From: an uncultured Candidatus Saccharibacteria bacterium
GTDB lineage: Bacteria > Patescibacteriota > Minisyncoccia > Phycocordibacterales > Phycocordibacteraceae
DNA: 63,126 nt
NCBI GenBank assembly: GCA_964634305.1
Contig: CAZWLE010000005.1
Span: forward strand, 1-63,126
Direction of reading: 5' to 3'
Shown in pieces: positions 1 to 12,939 of the stretch. Below the pieces are notes generated by a model. The model did no database searches and had not been told where the DNA came from. It saw only the letters and a list, made by a program, of their open reading frames with translations. Both the position numbers and the translations under genes were made by a program. Within the stretch, counting starts at the first letter, position 1, and every line of letters begins with the position of its first letter.

Positions 1-3406
<3,406 letters not shown>

Positions 3407-3429
3407 CAGCATCCATATAGAAAAGACTC

Positions 3430-3457
3430 GCGGCCGCTCCCTTTAGGGGGCGGCCGC
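3430..3457. terminator. GC-rich hairpin between convergent rpoC and a small minus-strand ORF
   Basis: Arms gcggccgctccc / gggggcggccgc form a 12-bp stem with one G-U pair and a ttta loop. The only T-run is on the minus-strand side (cttttc). Confidence 0.55.
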
Positions 3458-3462
3458 AGTCG

Positions 3463-3681
3463 TTAGGAAGGGGATGCGAACCTGGCATCGATGTAGGCGC
3501 GAATGCAGGTCACGACGCCACCTGCAAAGACAAAGCAGCCAAGGGTAATCCCTGCCGCTTCGGCCAATGCGTTGGCGTCGACTGCGTTGACAGTAACAAG
3601 TACCGCCGCATGCACGCAGGTGCCAAAGAGCAGGGCTTGTCGGCCCGGGTATCCTCTCCCAACGTCACTTTTCTTGGCCAT
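3463..3681 (-). CDS. small hydrophobic Cys-containing protein (72 aa)
   Basis: An internal ATG at 3681 is preceded by GGAGGA with 5-nt spacing. Product: MAKKSDVGRGYPGRQALLFGTCVHAAVLVTVNAV..., two predicted TM helices and 3 Cys. A hairpin follows the stop. Confidence 0.45.
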   Translation of the reverse strand: MAKKSDVGRGYPGRQALLFGTCVHAAVLVTVNAVDANALAEAAGITLGCFVFAGGVVTCIRAYIDARFASPS

Positions 3682-3793
3682 TTCATCCTCCGAAGAACGC
3701 CGTCTAGTGAAAGTTACATTATACAATATAAAATAGATAATGCAAATCTCTGGATACTAGGCGGTCGAGGTAAAACGCTATACTCTAGCCACT

Positions 3794-5458
3794 ATGGCCG
3801 ATACGGTGCAGGCGGTGAAGGATAAACTCTCCATAGTCGAGGTGGTCTCACCGTACGTAAAGCTCACCAAGGCAGGGAAGCTCTACCGAGGTCTTTCACC
3901 CTTTAATAAGGAGAAGACCCCATCCTTCTACGTAAATCCTGAGCGCGGCACCTATTTCTGTTTCTCATCCTCGCAGGGTGGCGACCACTTCACCTTCATT
4001 GAGAAAATGGAGGGTGTGGACTTTAAGGGCGCACTTAAGATTCTTGCGGAGAAAGCCGGCGTACCACTCGAGTATTCCGGAGGAAAGAAAGAAGACAAAG
4101 ATAAGACCGAGCGTTTGCGTGAAGCGATGGCGCGTGCCGAAGCATTCTATGCACGTAACCTTGATGAGAAGGGTGAAGCCTACGCGTACGCACTCTCACG
4201 TGGTCTTACGCCAGAAACGATTAAGGCATGGAATCTTGGTCTTGCACCAGACGCATGGCGCTCACTACTTGAGGAATTAACAGCAGCCGGCTTCTCTACC
4301 AAAGAGATGCTTGATGCGGGACTTATTAAAGAAGCGGACGGGAAAGCAGGTACGTACTACGACCGCTTCCGTAATCGCCTCATGTTCCCGATAAAGGACG
4401 GTGCAGGACGCACGGTCGCGTTCACTGGTCGCGCGCTTTCGCCAGACGACCAGGCGAAATACCTCAACAGTCCTGAGACCGAGCTCTACAAAAAGAGCCA
4501 GGTGCTCTTTGGTATGGATAAAGCGAAGGATGCGATTCGGTCGCGTGGCTTCGCGCTTCTGGTTGAAGGTCAGTTCGACCTCATCCTCCTGCATCAGATA
4601 GGGTTCGGAAATGCGATAGCGCTTTCGGGTACGGCGCTTTCTCGTGAGCACCTCGCACTTATGAAGCGGTATGCCGATAATCTCATGCTGGCGCTCGATG
4701 CTGACCGCGCAGGTCTTAATGCGTCGGCAAAAAATGCATACGCTGCGCTTGGTGCAGGGATGCGCGTCAAAGCCGTACGCATGCCGCTTGGCAAAGACCC
4801 TGCGGACCTTGCCAAAGACACGCCGCAAGATTTTGTGCGTCGGGTGCAGGAAGCAGAACCCGTCATCGAGTTCTTCCTCTCAGTGCTCGCCGCGTCAGAG
4901 ACTGACCAGCATCGTCTCGTTATTGCGGTTGAACGGGTCGTGCTCCCGCTCATTGCTGCCATACGAAGTCCTATGGAACGTGAGCACTTTATCGGCATTA
5001 TTGCGCGCCGTCTTGGCTCAAGTCCCGAAGCGATTCGCGCATCGCTACCAAAAACGGCCGTGGTTCCTGAGGACCGCTCATCAGAAGAGCAGGGTGAAGC
5101 GTCGGTGGCGGGGGAGAGTACACGCGAACTGTTGGTCCGCGCAACGATTGCCGCCTATCCCGGGACAGGGCTTGCGAATAAGCTCTCCGCGGAGTACGCT
5201 CGGATTATTGGCGTCCCTCCGGAGGAACCCCTTCCTGAGCGCGCCCTGTTCGAGGCTGGCCTTCTCTTCGGAGAGGCCCCTCACGAAAACGCAGGGGATG
5301 ATCTCATACGGGCGCTTGAGCGCACTACACTGACTGACCGCTTGCGGGAAGCAACGGCACGTTTACGTCGACATGAGGCTGCAAAAGATGATGCTGCCAT
5401 TCACGAAGCACTCGCTGATTGCAAAACCCTCTCCGACAAGCTCTCTCACCTTGGTTAA
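3794..5458 (+). CDS. dnaG: DNA primase
   Basis: N-terminal primase finger region (EKTPSFYV, QGGD). TOPRIM motifs LVEGQFDLILL and ALDADRAG. Sits directly upstream of rpoD, the classic dnaG-rpoD arrangement. Confidence 0.9.
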   Translation: MADTVQAVKDKLSIVEVVSPYVKLTKAGKLYRGLSPFNKEKTPSFYVNPERGTYFCFSSSQGGDHFTFIEKMEGVDFKGALKILAEKAGVPLEYSGGKKEDKDKTERLREAMARAEAFYARNLDEKGEAYAYALSRGLTPETIKAWNLGLAPDAWRSLLEELTAAGFSTKEMLDAGLIKEADGKAGTYYDRFRNRLMFPIKDGAGRTVAFTGRALSPDDQAKYLNSPETELYKKSQVLFGMDKAKDAIRSRGFALLVEGQFDLILLHQIGFGNAIALSGTALSREHLALMKRYADNLMLALDADRAGLNASAKNAYAALGAGMRVKAVRMPLGKDPADLAKDTPQDFVRRVQEAEPVIEFFLSVLAASETDQHRLVIAVERVVLPLIAAIRSPMEREHFIGIIARRLGSSPEAIRASLPKTAVVPEDRSSEEQGEASVAGESTRELLVRATIAAYPGTGLANKLSAEYARIIGVPPEEPLPERALFEAGLLFGEAPHENAGDDLIRALERTTLTDRLREATARLRRHEAAKDDAAIHEALADCKTLSDKLSHLG

Positions 5459-5485
5459 TCGTTATTTCATCAGGACTACCTCACT

Positions 5486-6751
<1,266 letters not shown>

Positions 6752-6757
6752 CAGAAA

Positions 6758-6779
6758 GAGGCCGGGGTTTCCCGGCCTC
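6758..6779. terminator. hairpin after rpoD
   Basis: gaggccggg-gttt-cccggcctc, a 9-bp perfect stem 7 nt after the rpoD stop. Confidence 0.65.
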
Positions 6780-6804
6780 TGTCGTAGCGGCGTGTTGAAC
6801 GCAG

Positions 6805-6939
6805 TTACTTCTTGTTTTTGTGCTTTTGTGCCCGCTTCCAACGGGGCTTCACGCGGCGTTTAGCGGTCGACGGCGCGTTGATGGTGCCGACGCTCGCTAA
6901 CAGGGTTTTGTAGGGAAACGATAGGGCATAACCCAGCAT
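6805..6939 (-). CDS. 44-aa highly basic ORF (hypothetical)
   Basis: My own translation gives MLGYALSFPYKTLLASVGTINAPSTAKRRVKPRWKRAQKHKNKK. GGAGAG lies 7 nt upstream of the ATG. Below the 60-aa cutoff of the supplied ORF track. Confidence 0.25.
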   Translation of the reverse strand: MLGYALSFPYKTLLASVGTINAPSTAKRRVKPRWKRAQKHKNKK

Positions 6940-7013
6940 TACCAACTCTCCTGTGGAAGAACATGTATGGTTATACCTCATATGGTAATGAGGTCAAATC
7001 GTCTATAGCAGTA

Positions 7014-7041
7014 AGCGCCTGCTTCTTTCGAAGCAGGCGCT
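7014..7041. terminator. hairpin downstream of the small minus-strand ORF 7061..7309
   Basis: agcgcctgcttc-tttc-gaagcaggcgct, a 12-bp perfect stem. Confidence 0.5.
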
Positions 7042-7060
7042 GACCGTATTCGCGTTGGTG

Positions 7061-7309
7061 TTAGGTAGTGATGGGCTGTGTGAGAGTGCGGTACATGCCG
7101 TTGATGCCGACGCACGCGAGACCGAGTCCGCATAAGCCGCCGCTGGCCGCAGAGATTTTGAGTGCGTATGCGGCGTCCAGACACCCTCTCACTGCGATAC
7201 CGTCGGCCACGAACCAGAAGTTCAAGGCCGAGCAAACGACAGCTGCTGCAAAACCCGCCACTGCGGCGTGGCTCACCATCTTCAACGTACGCGATATACG
7301 TTTAGTCAT
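7061..7309 (-). CDS. small hydrophobic Cys-containing protein (82 aa)
   Basis: ATG at 7309 gives MTKRISRTLKMVSHAAVAGFAAAVVCSALNFWFVADG...GGLCGLGLACVGINGMY. An AAGGGAG-like element lies upstream. Two predicted TM helices and 4 Cys. Confidence 0.4.
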   Translation of the reverse strand: MTKRISRTLKMVSHAAVAGFAAAVVCSALNFWFVADGIAVRGCLDAAYALKISAASGGLCGLGLACVGINGMYRTLTQPITT

Positions 7310-7436
7310 CGTACTAACTACATCTCCCTTTCGAGTTCGCCCCAATGGCTAGATGTACCTTTCCTTAGGAAGGAATATACGTATAGAATCTATTATTGTC
7401 AAGTTACCCTTCTTTCGATTTGGTATTGTGTAGGGA

Positions 7437-8294
7437 ATGAAAAAGGCGAGGAAGAAGGCGGTAAAGAAACTCCCTATAGCGTATTGGAGCTACTCGTCGT
7501 TAATGGCGTTCCTGCGGAATCCGCTGACCTGGTATAAGCGGTACGTGCAGAAAGTGTATGACTTGCCGCGCTCTCCGTCAGCGGTCGTTGGTTCTGCAGG
7601 TCACTATGCGCTTGAGCAGTTTTATACTGGCACCGACAAGGAAACTTCAATACGTCAGGGACTCGAGTACCTGCGCTCCTGTAAAGACGAAGACCTTAAC
7701 TTCGGGGTCGCAAAATCCAAGAAAGCACAGAAAGCAAAGCGCGCGTCTATGGAGCGTGAGTACCTGCAAGCGATTGGGTACTATCTCGAAAAACCACCAC
7801 GCCACAAAGTGGTTGCAGTAGAGTCGCGCGGCATGGCAACGATTGATGGTCTGCCGCTTGAAATTAAAGCCATTGCAGACTTGGTCGTGGAATCTAAGGT
7901 GCAGCCAGGAGCACTTGATGTCGTCGACCACAAGTTTGTGGACTCCTTCTCCAAAGCAGGACCCGACAAGCCGCTGTTTATGTTGCAGGCGCTCTTTAAC
8001 TACTACGTCGTCACACAAACCTTCGGGAAACCGGTTCGTCGCTTCCTTGTGTATGAATGCAAGAAAGGGAAGAACAAGGACGGTCGTCCACAGTTACGCC
8101 GCTATGTCCTCGACTATAAGGATGCAGGGGAAGCGTTTATTGTATTCCATCGTCTCCTTGCAGATGCGACTGAAGAGCTTATGCACCGAAAGAACTTCCT
8201 CCCAAACCCCTCAGACATGTTTGAAGGAGAGTACTCCTTTGACCTCTATCGTCTCGGGCTTGGTACCGAAGATGTAGAAGAGGAACGAGTCTAG
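7437..8294 (+). CDS. PD-(D/E)XK (RecB/Cas4-like) nuclease family protein
   Basis: Ordered motifs GSAGHYALE, IADLVVE, LDVVDHKF (D-x-K) and QALFNYY (QxxxY). No C-terminal 4-Cys cluster. Confidence 0.7.
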   Translation: MKKARKKAVKKLPIAYWSYSSLMAFLRNPLTWYKRYVQKVYDLPRSPSAVVGSAGHYALEQFYTGTDKETSIRQGLEYLRSCKDEDLNFGVAKSKKAQKAKRASMEREYLQAIGYYLEKPPRHKVVAVESRGMATIDGLPLEIKAIADLVVESKVQPGALDVVDHKFVDSFSKAGPDKPLFMLQALFNYYVVTQTFGKPVRRFLVYECKKGKNKDGRPQLRRYVLDYKDAGEAFIVFHRLLADATEELMHRKNFLPNPSDMFEGEYSFDLYRLGLGTEDVEEERV

Positions 8295-8980
8295 TTGCTC
8301 ACTCTACTCAGTGCGGTTTCAATTACTTTCTTCATAGCGTCATAGGAGACCGCTCCGGAAATAGCGATTGGGTCGGCTCCCTTGATGACGACGACGGTGA
8401 AGGGTGCACCTGCAGCGCCCATAGCTATCGCGTTGTCATAGTCTGCAGCGACACGCTCCTCGCCGTCTTTGCCGGCCACACAGGTGCTAAAGGCGTCGCT
8501 TGAAAGGCCAAGGCCAGCAACGAGGTCGGGGTAGCCGCTTGGATTAAATTCAGCATCACCCGGTGCTTCGGCATGAATTGCGTCGATAAACTGCCAGAAG
8601 GCCGTATTGCCACCAAGCGTCGCAACACATTCCGCTGCCTCTGCATGCGCTGCGGCGTTTGGGTGTGACTCGATTACTGGGAAGTGGCGGTAGACCCAGG
8701 CAACAGAACCGGTATCGCCGTAATCGACTACTATCTGACGCATGACGTCGTGGAATTGTTTGCAGTACGCACAATCGATATCGGAATACTCGATTACAGT
8801 AACTACTGCTTCGGGGTTGCCAACGATATGGTCGTCGGGTGTAACGGGACGTACTGCAGATGCGTCTGCTTCAGGTAGACGGAGTGGATTTTCTGCAATA
8901 CGCACCATGTAAATCGTGATACCAAGAAGTAGTCCAGCGATAACTATCGCGGCAGGGATGAGGTACTGGTTCTGCGGCAT
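8291..8980 (-). CDS. DsbA-family thiol:disulfide oxidoreductase, membrane-anchored
   Basis: N-terminal TM helix (LIPAAIVIAGLLLGITIYMV) and a thioredoxin-fold CxxC site, EYSDIDCAYCKQFH. Confidence 0.85.
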   Translation of the reverse strand: MPQNQYLIPAAIVIAGLLLGITIYMVRIAENPLRLPEADASAVRPVTPDDHIVGNPEAVVTVIEYSDIDCAYCKQFHDVMRQIVVDYGDTGSVAWVYRHFPVIESHPNAAAHAEAAECVATLGGNTAFWQFIDAIHAEAPGDAEFNPSGYPDLVAGLGLSSDAFSTCVAGKDGEERVAADYDNAIAMGAAGAPFTVVVIKGADPIAISGAVSYDAMKKVIETALSRVSN

Positions 8981-9000
8981 AGGAGAACGATAGCACGCGT

Positions 9001-9576
9001 TCAGATGCCAAGCGTATGGGTCATGGAGCCTGCACTGCCTTCGGTCCAGCCAGACGTATCAATCTTGATTTCTTTTTTGGTGTTGAGGTCTTTGTATTTC
9101 ACGTGTCCGTGCTCAAGAGCATAGTCATAGAGCTCACGGGTAATACGTACGTCCTCAATACAGTACTCTTTCACTTTTTCGTGGAGCCCTTGGTCCCACC
9201 ACTCCATAGCTTTTAGGCCGTCACCCTTCTTTCCTTTACCGAGCGTTGCTTCTGCAAGAGACTGCAGACGGATGCGACGTCCGAGGGATTTATGCACTTC
9301 AACCAGAAGATCGAGCGAGCGAATCTTGGTGAGGTCGCCAGGATAGTAGCGATTGAGGAGAGGAATATCGAAGGTGTCGGAGTTAAAGCCAATCAACATA
9401 TCGGCGTTCTCCATAATCGACCAGAGCTTTGGCAAATCTTCGACATAGTAGCCGGAGTACTCACCGGTCGCTGAATCGTGGATACCGACAACCGTTATCT
9501 CCATTTGGTTCACATCAAGACGGCCACTTTGAAGGCCGTTCATTTTGGTCTCGATATCGAACGTAATCGCCCTCAT
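9001..9576 (-). CDS. RNase H-fold 3'-5' exonuclease-like protein
   Basis: Acidic motifs in DEDD-like order: FDIET, GFNSDTFDIPLL, CIEDVRITRELY. Confidence 0.65.
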   Translation of the reverse strand: MRAITFDIETKMNGLQSGRLDVNQMEITVVGIHDSATGEYSGYYVEDLPKLWSIMENADMLIGFNSDTFDIPLLNRYYPGDLTKIRSLDLLVEVHKSLGRRIRLQSLAEATLGKGKKGDGLKAMEWWDQGLHEKVKEYCIEDVRITRELYDYALEHGHVKYKDLNTKKEIKIDTSGWTEGSAGSMTHTLGI

Positions 9577-9578
9577 TG

Positions 9579-10841
9579 TTACCCGAGAAGACTCTTAAGG
9601 TGCTTGGCGACCTGATTGGTCTCTGTCGTTTCTTCCTCGCTTCGTGCAAGGTCTTTCACGCGTACTACGTTTGATTTTTCTTCCTGTGCGCCATAGGCAA
9701 CGAAGTAAGGAATACTGCGCTTCACGGCCTCCTTTACCTGTGCGCCAAGGTCCTTTCCGGAAAGATTAAGGAAGACGCGCAACCCTTCCTCACGTAGCTC
9801 AGTAGCGAACTCTCTCGCGCGTGGAATGTCACTTTCCTCAGGTGTACCGACATAGACTTGTGGTGCAGCTGCGGCTTCAGGAAGCAACCCGTGTGTTTCA
9901 AGGAAATCCATAAAGGTAACGTCCCCAAACGCAAACCCAACAGCGGGGACCGGGTCGCCACCAAACATCGATACGAGACCGTCATAGCGACCGCCACCAA
10001 AGAGCGCACGTGGATTATCCGGATGCGTGTCGTTTACCTCAAACACCATGCCGGTGTAGTAATCAAAGCCACGGACGATATCGGTATCAAAGGACACATT
10101 CCCGACACCCTGCGCTTTCAAATCTTCAACGAACTGCTCAATACGTGCTTTTTCTGCTGCTACCTCTGCATCGCTGCCTGCGTCAATCACTGCAAGTGGA
10201 TCCGCACTAAATTCTTTACGTGCCTTCTCAAACTCTTCCTTAGACATCTTGGCCTTACGGTCGATGAGCTGCCAGTAGGCACGAGACGATTCGCCCTCCG
10301 GAAGACCTGCAGCGGCACAGGCAAGGCGCAGGAGTTTGCGTGAATTTACACGAATAACAAAGTCAGCCTCGGTTGCACCAAACGATTTTAAAATAGCGGA
10401 GGCGAGTACGATGATTTCTGCATCAGCCTGTCCTTCAGGAAGGCCAACCAGGTCGACATCGGTCTGAAAGAATTCACGCAAACGGCCACGCTGCGGACGC
10501 TCGTAGCGGAAGCGGTTGCCAATAGAGAACCAACGAAGAGGAAAGGCGAGCTCACGACGCTTATGTGCCACCATGCGCGCCAAGGTCGGTGTCATCTCAG
10601 GACGAAGCGTGACGCGACGGCCGCCGCGGTCCTCAAAGCTAAAGGTTTGCTCGCGGATGATTTCCTCGTTCCCCTTACTCTCATAGAGCTCAGAGTGCTC
10701 AAGGGGGGATGCCTGGTATTCCTCATAGCCAGAACGGGCGAGGACGTCCCGGATGCGATTAAAGGCGGTCGAGAGGCGTCCCCAGTCGGCTGGGTAGAAA
10801 TCACGTACTCCCTTGTACGGCTCAGTATCGAGGCCTTTCAT
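9579..10841 (-). CDS. hisS: histidine--tRNA ligase
   Basis: Class II aaRS features: GVRDFYP, RYERPQRGRLREFFQ, GGGRYDGL, and a C-terminal anticodon-binding domain. Confidence 0.93.
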   Translation of the reverse strand: MKGLDTEPYKGVRDFYPADWGRLSTAFNRIRDVLARSGYEEYQASPLEHSELYESKGNEEIIREQTFSFEDRGGRRVTLRPEMTPTLARMVAHKRRELAFPLRWFSIGNRFRYERPQRGRLREFFQTDVDLVGLPEGQADAEIIVLASAILKSFGATEADFVIRVNSRKLLRLACAAAGLPEGESSRAYWQLIDRKAKMSKEEFEKARKEFSADPLAVIDAGSDAEVAAEKARIEQFVEDLKAQGVGNVSFDTDIVRGFDYYTGMVFEVNDTHPDNPRALFGGGRYDGLVSMFGGDPVPAVGFAFGDVTFMDFLETHGLLPEAAAAPQVYVGTPEESDIPRAREFATELREEGLRVFLNLSGKDLGAQVKEAVKRSIPYFVAYGAQEEKSNVVRVKDLARSEEETTETNQVAKHLKSLLG

Positions 10842-10858
10842 AGGAGGGAGTGTAGCAC

Positions 10859-11443
10859 TTACACCCCGTGCTTCGCACCCACCGGCGGCGTGCCTTTTTC
10901 CTGGATGGTTGCAACCTCTCGGAGGATGATTTCTCGTACGCTGCCAGGATTTGGAAGGCCAGGCATTTCAATACGATGCTGATCAGCACCGGCTGATTCA
11001 ACCGAGACGGTACCGAAGTTAAAGAGTGTGTGGAAAATACCACCAACACTTGTCTCCACGTTCTGGACACGATTAAGGAAGAGCGTACCAATTTCTCGAC
11101 TCCAGAAACTCTTCTGATTTATGTCGATGATGCGATGGTTGGTGATAACCCAGCGGTCGAGGAAGTAGTCGGTGAATACACCAAACGCACCCATCCACAC
11201 AAAGAGCCAGTAGATACCCACAATGAAGTCAAACCACGGGTTACCAAACGCCAGTATGGAAGAGAGTTGTACGGGAATAGAGGTGCCTGCGTCTGATGAG
11301 TCCAGGAATTGCGCAATGCCGGGGAGGAGGTACGGAATGTAGTCGAGCACAGCAAACGGAAGGAGCTGGCCAACGAGAATAAGTGGGTGCTTCCTCAAGG
11401 AGAGGACGATGTGTTCACCCGCATGCATTTTGGTATCAAGCAT
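10859..11443 (-). CDS. bacterial PH-domain (YdbS/YdbT-like, DUF304) membrane protein
   Basis: Two TM helices followed by a bPH-like segment (FLDRWVITNHRIIDINQK...). Confidence 0.6.
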   Translation of the reverse strand: MLDTKMHAGEHIVLSLRKHPLILVGQLLPFAVLDYIPYLLPGIAQFLDSSDAGTSIPVQLSSILAFGNPWFDFIVGIYWLFVWMGAFGVFTDYFLDRWVITNHRIIDINQKSFWSREIGTLFLNRVQNVETSVGGIFHTLFNFGTVSVESAGADQHRIEMPGLPNPGSVREIILREVATIQEKGTPPVGAKHGV

Positions 11444-11446
11444 AGG

Positions 11447-11683
11447 CTAATGAAGTCCGCCGGTAGCGAAGACAAATATCCACGTAGAGACCACTAGATG
11501 GAGGACGATAGCGGGTACCGCCATCCACGAATCACGCGCATAGCGTATCCAGTGGTATATGACGACAATCGTGAAGACAGCCCACCAGATAAACACAAGG
11601 AGAATAATGACCGACAACACACTCTCAACGGAGACAAGGTCCGCGAGGGGAGAGAGGTCAGGTCCGATAGCGGTCGGTTGCAC
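11447..11683 (-). CDS. small membrane protein (78 aa)
   Basis: GTG start 1 nt after the prmC stop and a stop 3 nt before the next gene. Two predicted TM helices. Confidence 0.5.
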   Translation of the reverse strand: MQPTAIGPDLSPLADLVSVESVLSVIILLVFIWWAVFTIVVIYHWIRYARDSWMAVPAIVLHLVVSTWIFVFATGGLH

Positions 11684-11684
11684 G

Positions 11685-12422
11685 CTAGTAGTATGCCACG
11701 ACGAGTCGCGGTCGTCCGTACTGGTCGGTGCGTACGTCGGTAGTATGTGCCTTGCCCTGAATCATGAGTCGTGCCGCTTCATGCACATTATCGACATCGC
11801 ATTCCATCCAGAGTTCTTTGGTGTGGCGAGGCGCTTCTTCAACAATGCGCCGTATGACGGCGAGACCGTCAGACCCGCCATAGAGTGCTTCGCGTGGCTC
11901 ATACGTAGTGACACTTGCATCAAGCGTACGACCTTCAGGGATATAGGGCGGGTTCGTCGCGATGATATCGAACTGTTCACCAATAAATGGAGCGAAGAGG
12001 TCGCCGGTGCGTATCGTTGCTCTCGACGCATCGAGGTCGTTTCGCGCAATGTTCTCCTGTATAAGCGCGCCGTGGTTTGCGACGAGTTCTGCAAATGATA
12101 CGTGCGCGTTCGGGCAGTGCTTCAACATCGCAAGGCCAATCGTACCTGAACCCGCGCAGAGGTCGAGCACGCGGAGCGGTGCGTCACCAATTCGCTCACA
12201 CAATGCTTCTACCCACCATTCGGTTTCAGGGCGGGGAATAAGGGGGTGAGACCCAAGTCCTATAGAAAGGCCCAGAAACGGTTGGTGTCCTATGACATAC
12301 GCCAAAGGCTCTCCTTCTGAGAGACGGGCAATGTCTGCTGTAACACCCTCAGCATCTTGGTCACCGGCATATTTCTCGCGAACCAGTGCCTCCACATCGT
12401 TTCTACTAGGCTCCATGCGCAT
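11685..12422 (-). CDS. prmC: peptide chain release factor N5-glutamine methyltransferase
   Basis: SAM-binding VLDLCAGSGTIG and the NPPY motif (IIATNPPYIP). Confidence 0.85.
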   Translation of the reverse strand: MRMEPSRNDVEALVREKYAGDQDAEGVTADIARLSEGEPLAYVIGHQPFLGLSIGLGSHPLIPRPETEWWVEALCERIGDAPLRVLDLCAGSGTIGLAMLKHCPNAHVSFAELVANHGALIQENIARNDLDASRATIRTGDLFAPFIGEQFDIIATNPPYIPEGRTLDASVTTYEPREALYGGSDGLAVIRRIVEEAPRHTKELWMECDVDNVHEAARLMIQGKAHTTDVRTDQYGRPRLVVAYY

Positions 12423-12438
12423 ACCCTATACTAGCGGT

Positions 12439-12891
12439 ATGAAAATAGCATTCTGGAACATCGTGTACGGCATTGCGTTTATAGGAGTGGTCACCTGGGC
12501 CCTCAGTTATCTCGGACCAACGATGCTGATGCGCCCGCTTCCGCTTGGAGACTTTATTCTCATGGCGCTCGCGATTTTTCGTCTCATACGGTTGGTCTCG
12601 TATGATGCCGTCACAGAGTTTATTCGTGAGCCGCTTTCACGCATGCGTGCAGGTACCTTCCTTGGTACGTTCTCAACCTTGGTGAATTGTCCGTGGTGCG
12701 CAGGTCTATGGATTTCAGCCGGTATCGTTTTCTTCTACTACGCGTCCCCATTTGCATGGCCGGTCATTCTTATCCTCGCGCTTGCAGGGGTCGCCTCATT
12801 CATGCAACTTCTCGCTAACCTTGTTGGGTGGTATGCAGAAGGGGAGAAGCAGAATGTGACGGAAGGGGAAGAGAGAACGAAGTGCGAGTAA
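12439..12891 (+). CDS. DUF1360-like membrane protein
   Basis: I chose the ATG at 12439 because the track ORF from 12292 overlaps prmC on the other strand. Contains LVNCPWCAGLWISAGIVFFY between TM helices. Confidence 0.6.
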   Translation: MKIAFWNIVYGIAFIGVVTWALSYLGPTMLMRPLPLGDFILMALAIFRLIRLVSYDAVTEFIREPLSRMRAGTFLGTFSTLVNCPWCAGLWISAGIVFFYYASPFAWPVILILALAGVASFMQLLANLVGWYAEGEKQNVTEGEERTKCE

Positions 12892-12894
12892 CAG

Positions 12895-12927
12895 AAAAAG
12901 GCCCGGGATTTCTCCCGGGCCTTTTTC
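12895..12927. terminator. bidirectional intrinsic terminator
   Basis: aaaaa-ggcccggga-tttc-tcccgggcc-ttttt: a 9-bp stem flanked by an A-run and a T-run, between convergent genes. Confidence 0.75.
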
Positions 12928-12939
12928 TTAGCAAGTGGC

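Noticed and set aside
12292-12438. Upstream extension of the DUF1360-like ORF.
   Set aside because: It overlaps prmC on the opposite strand. The hydrophobic protein starts at the ATG at 12439.
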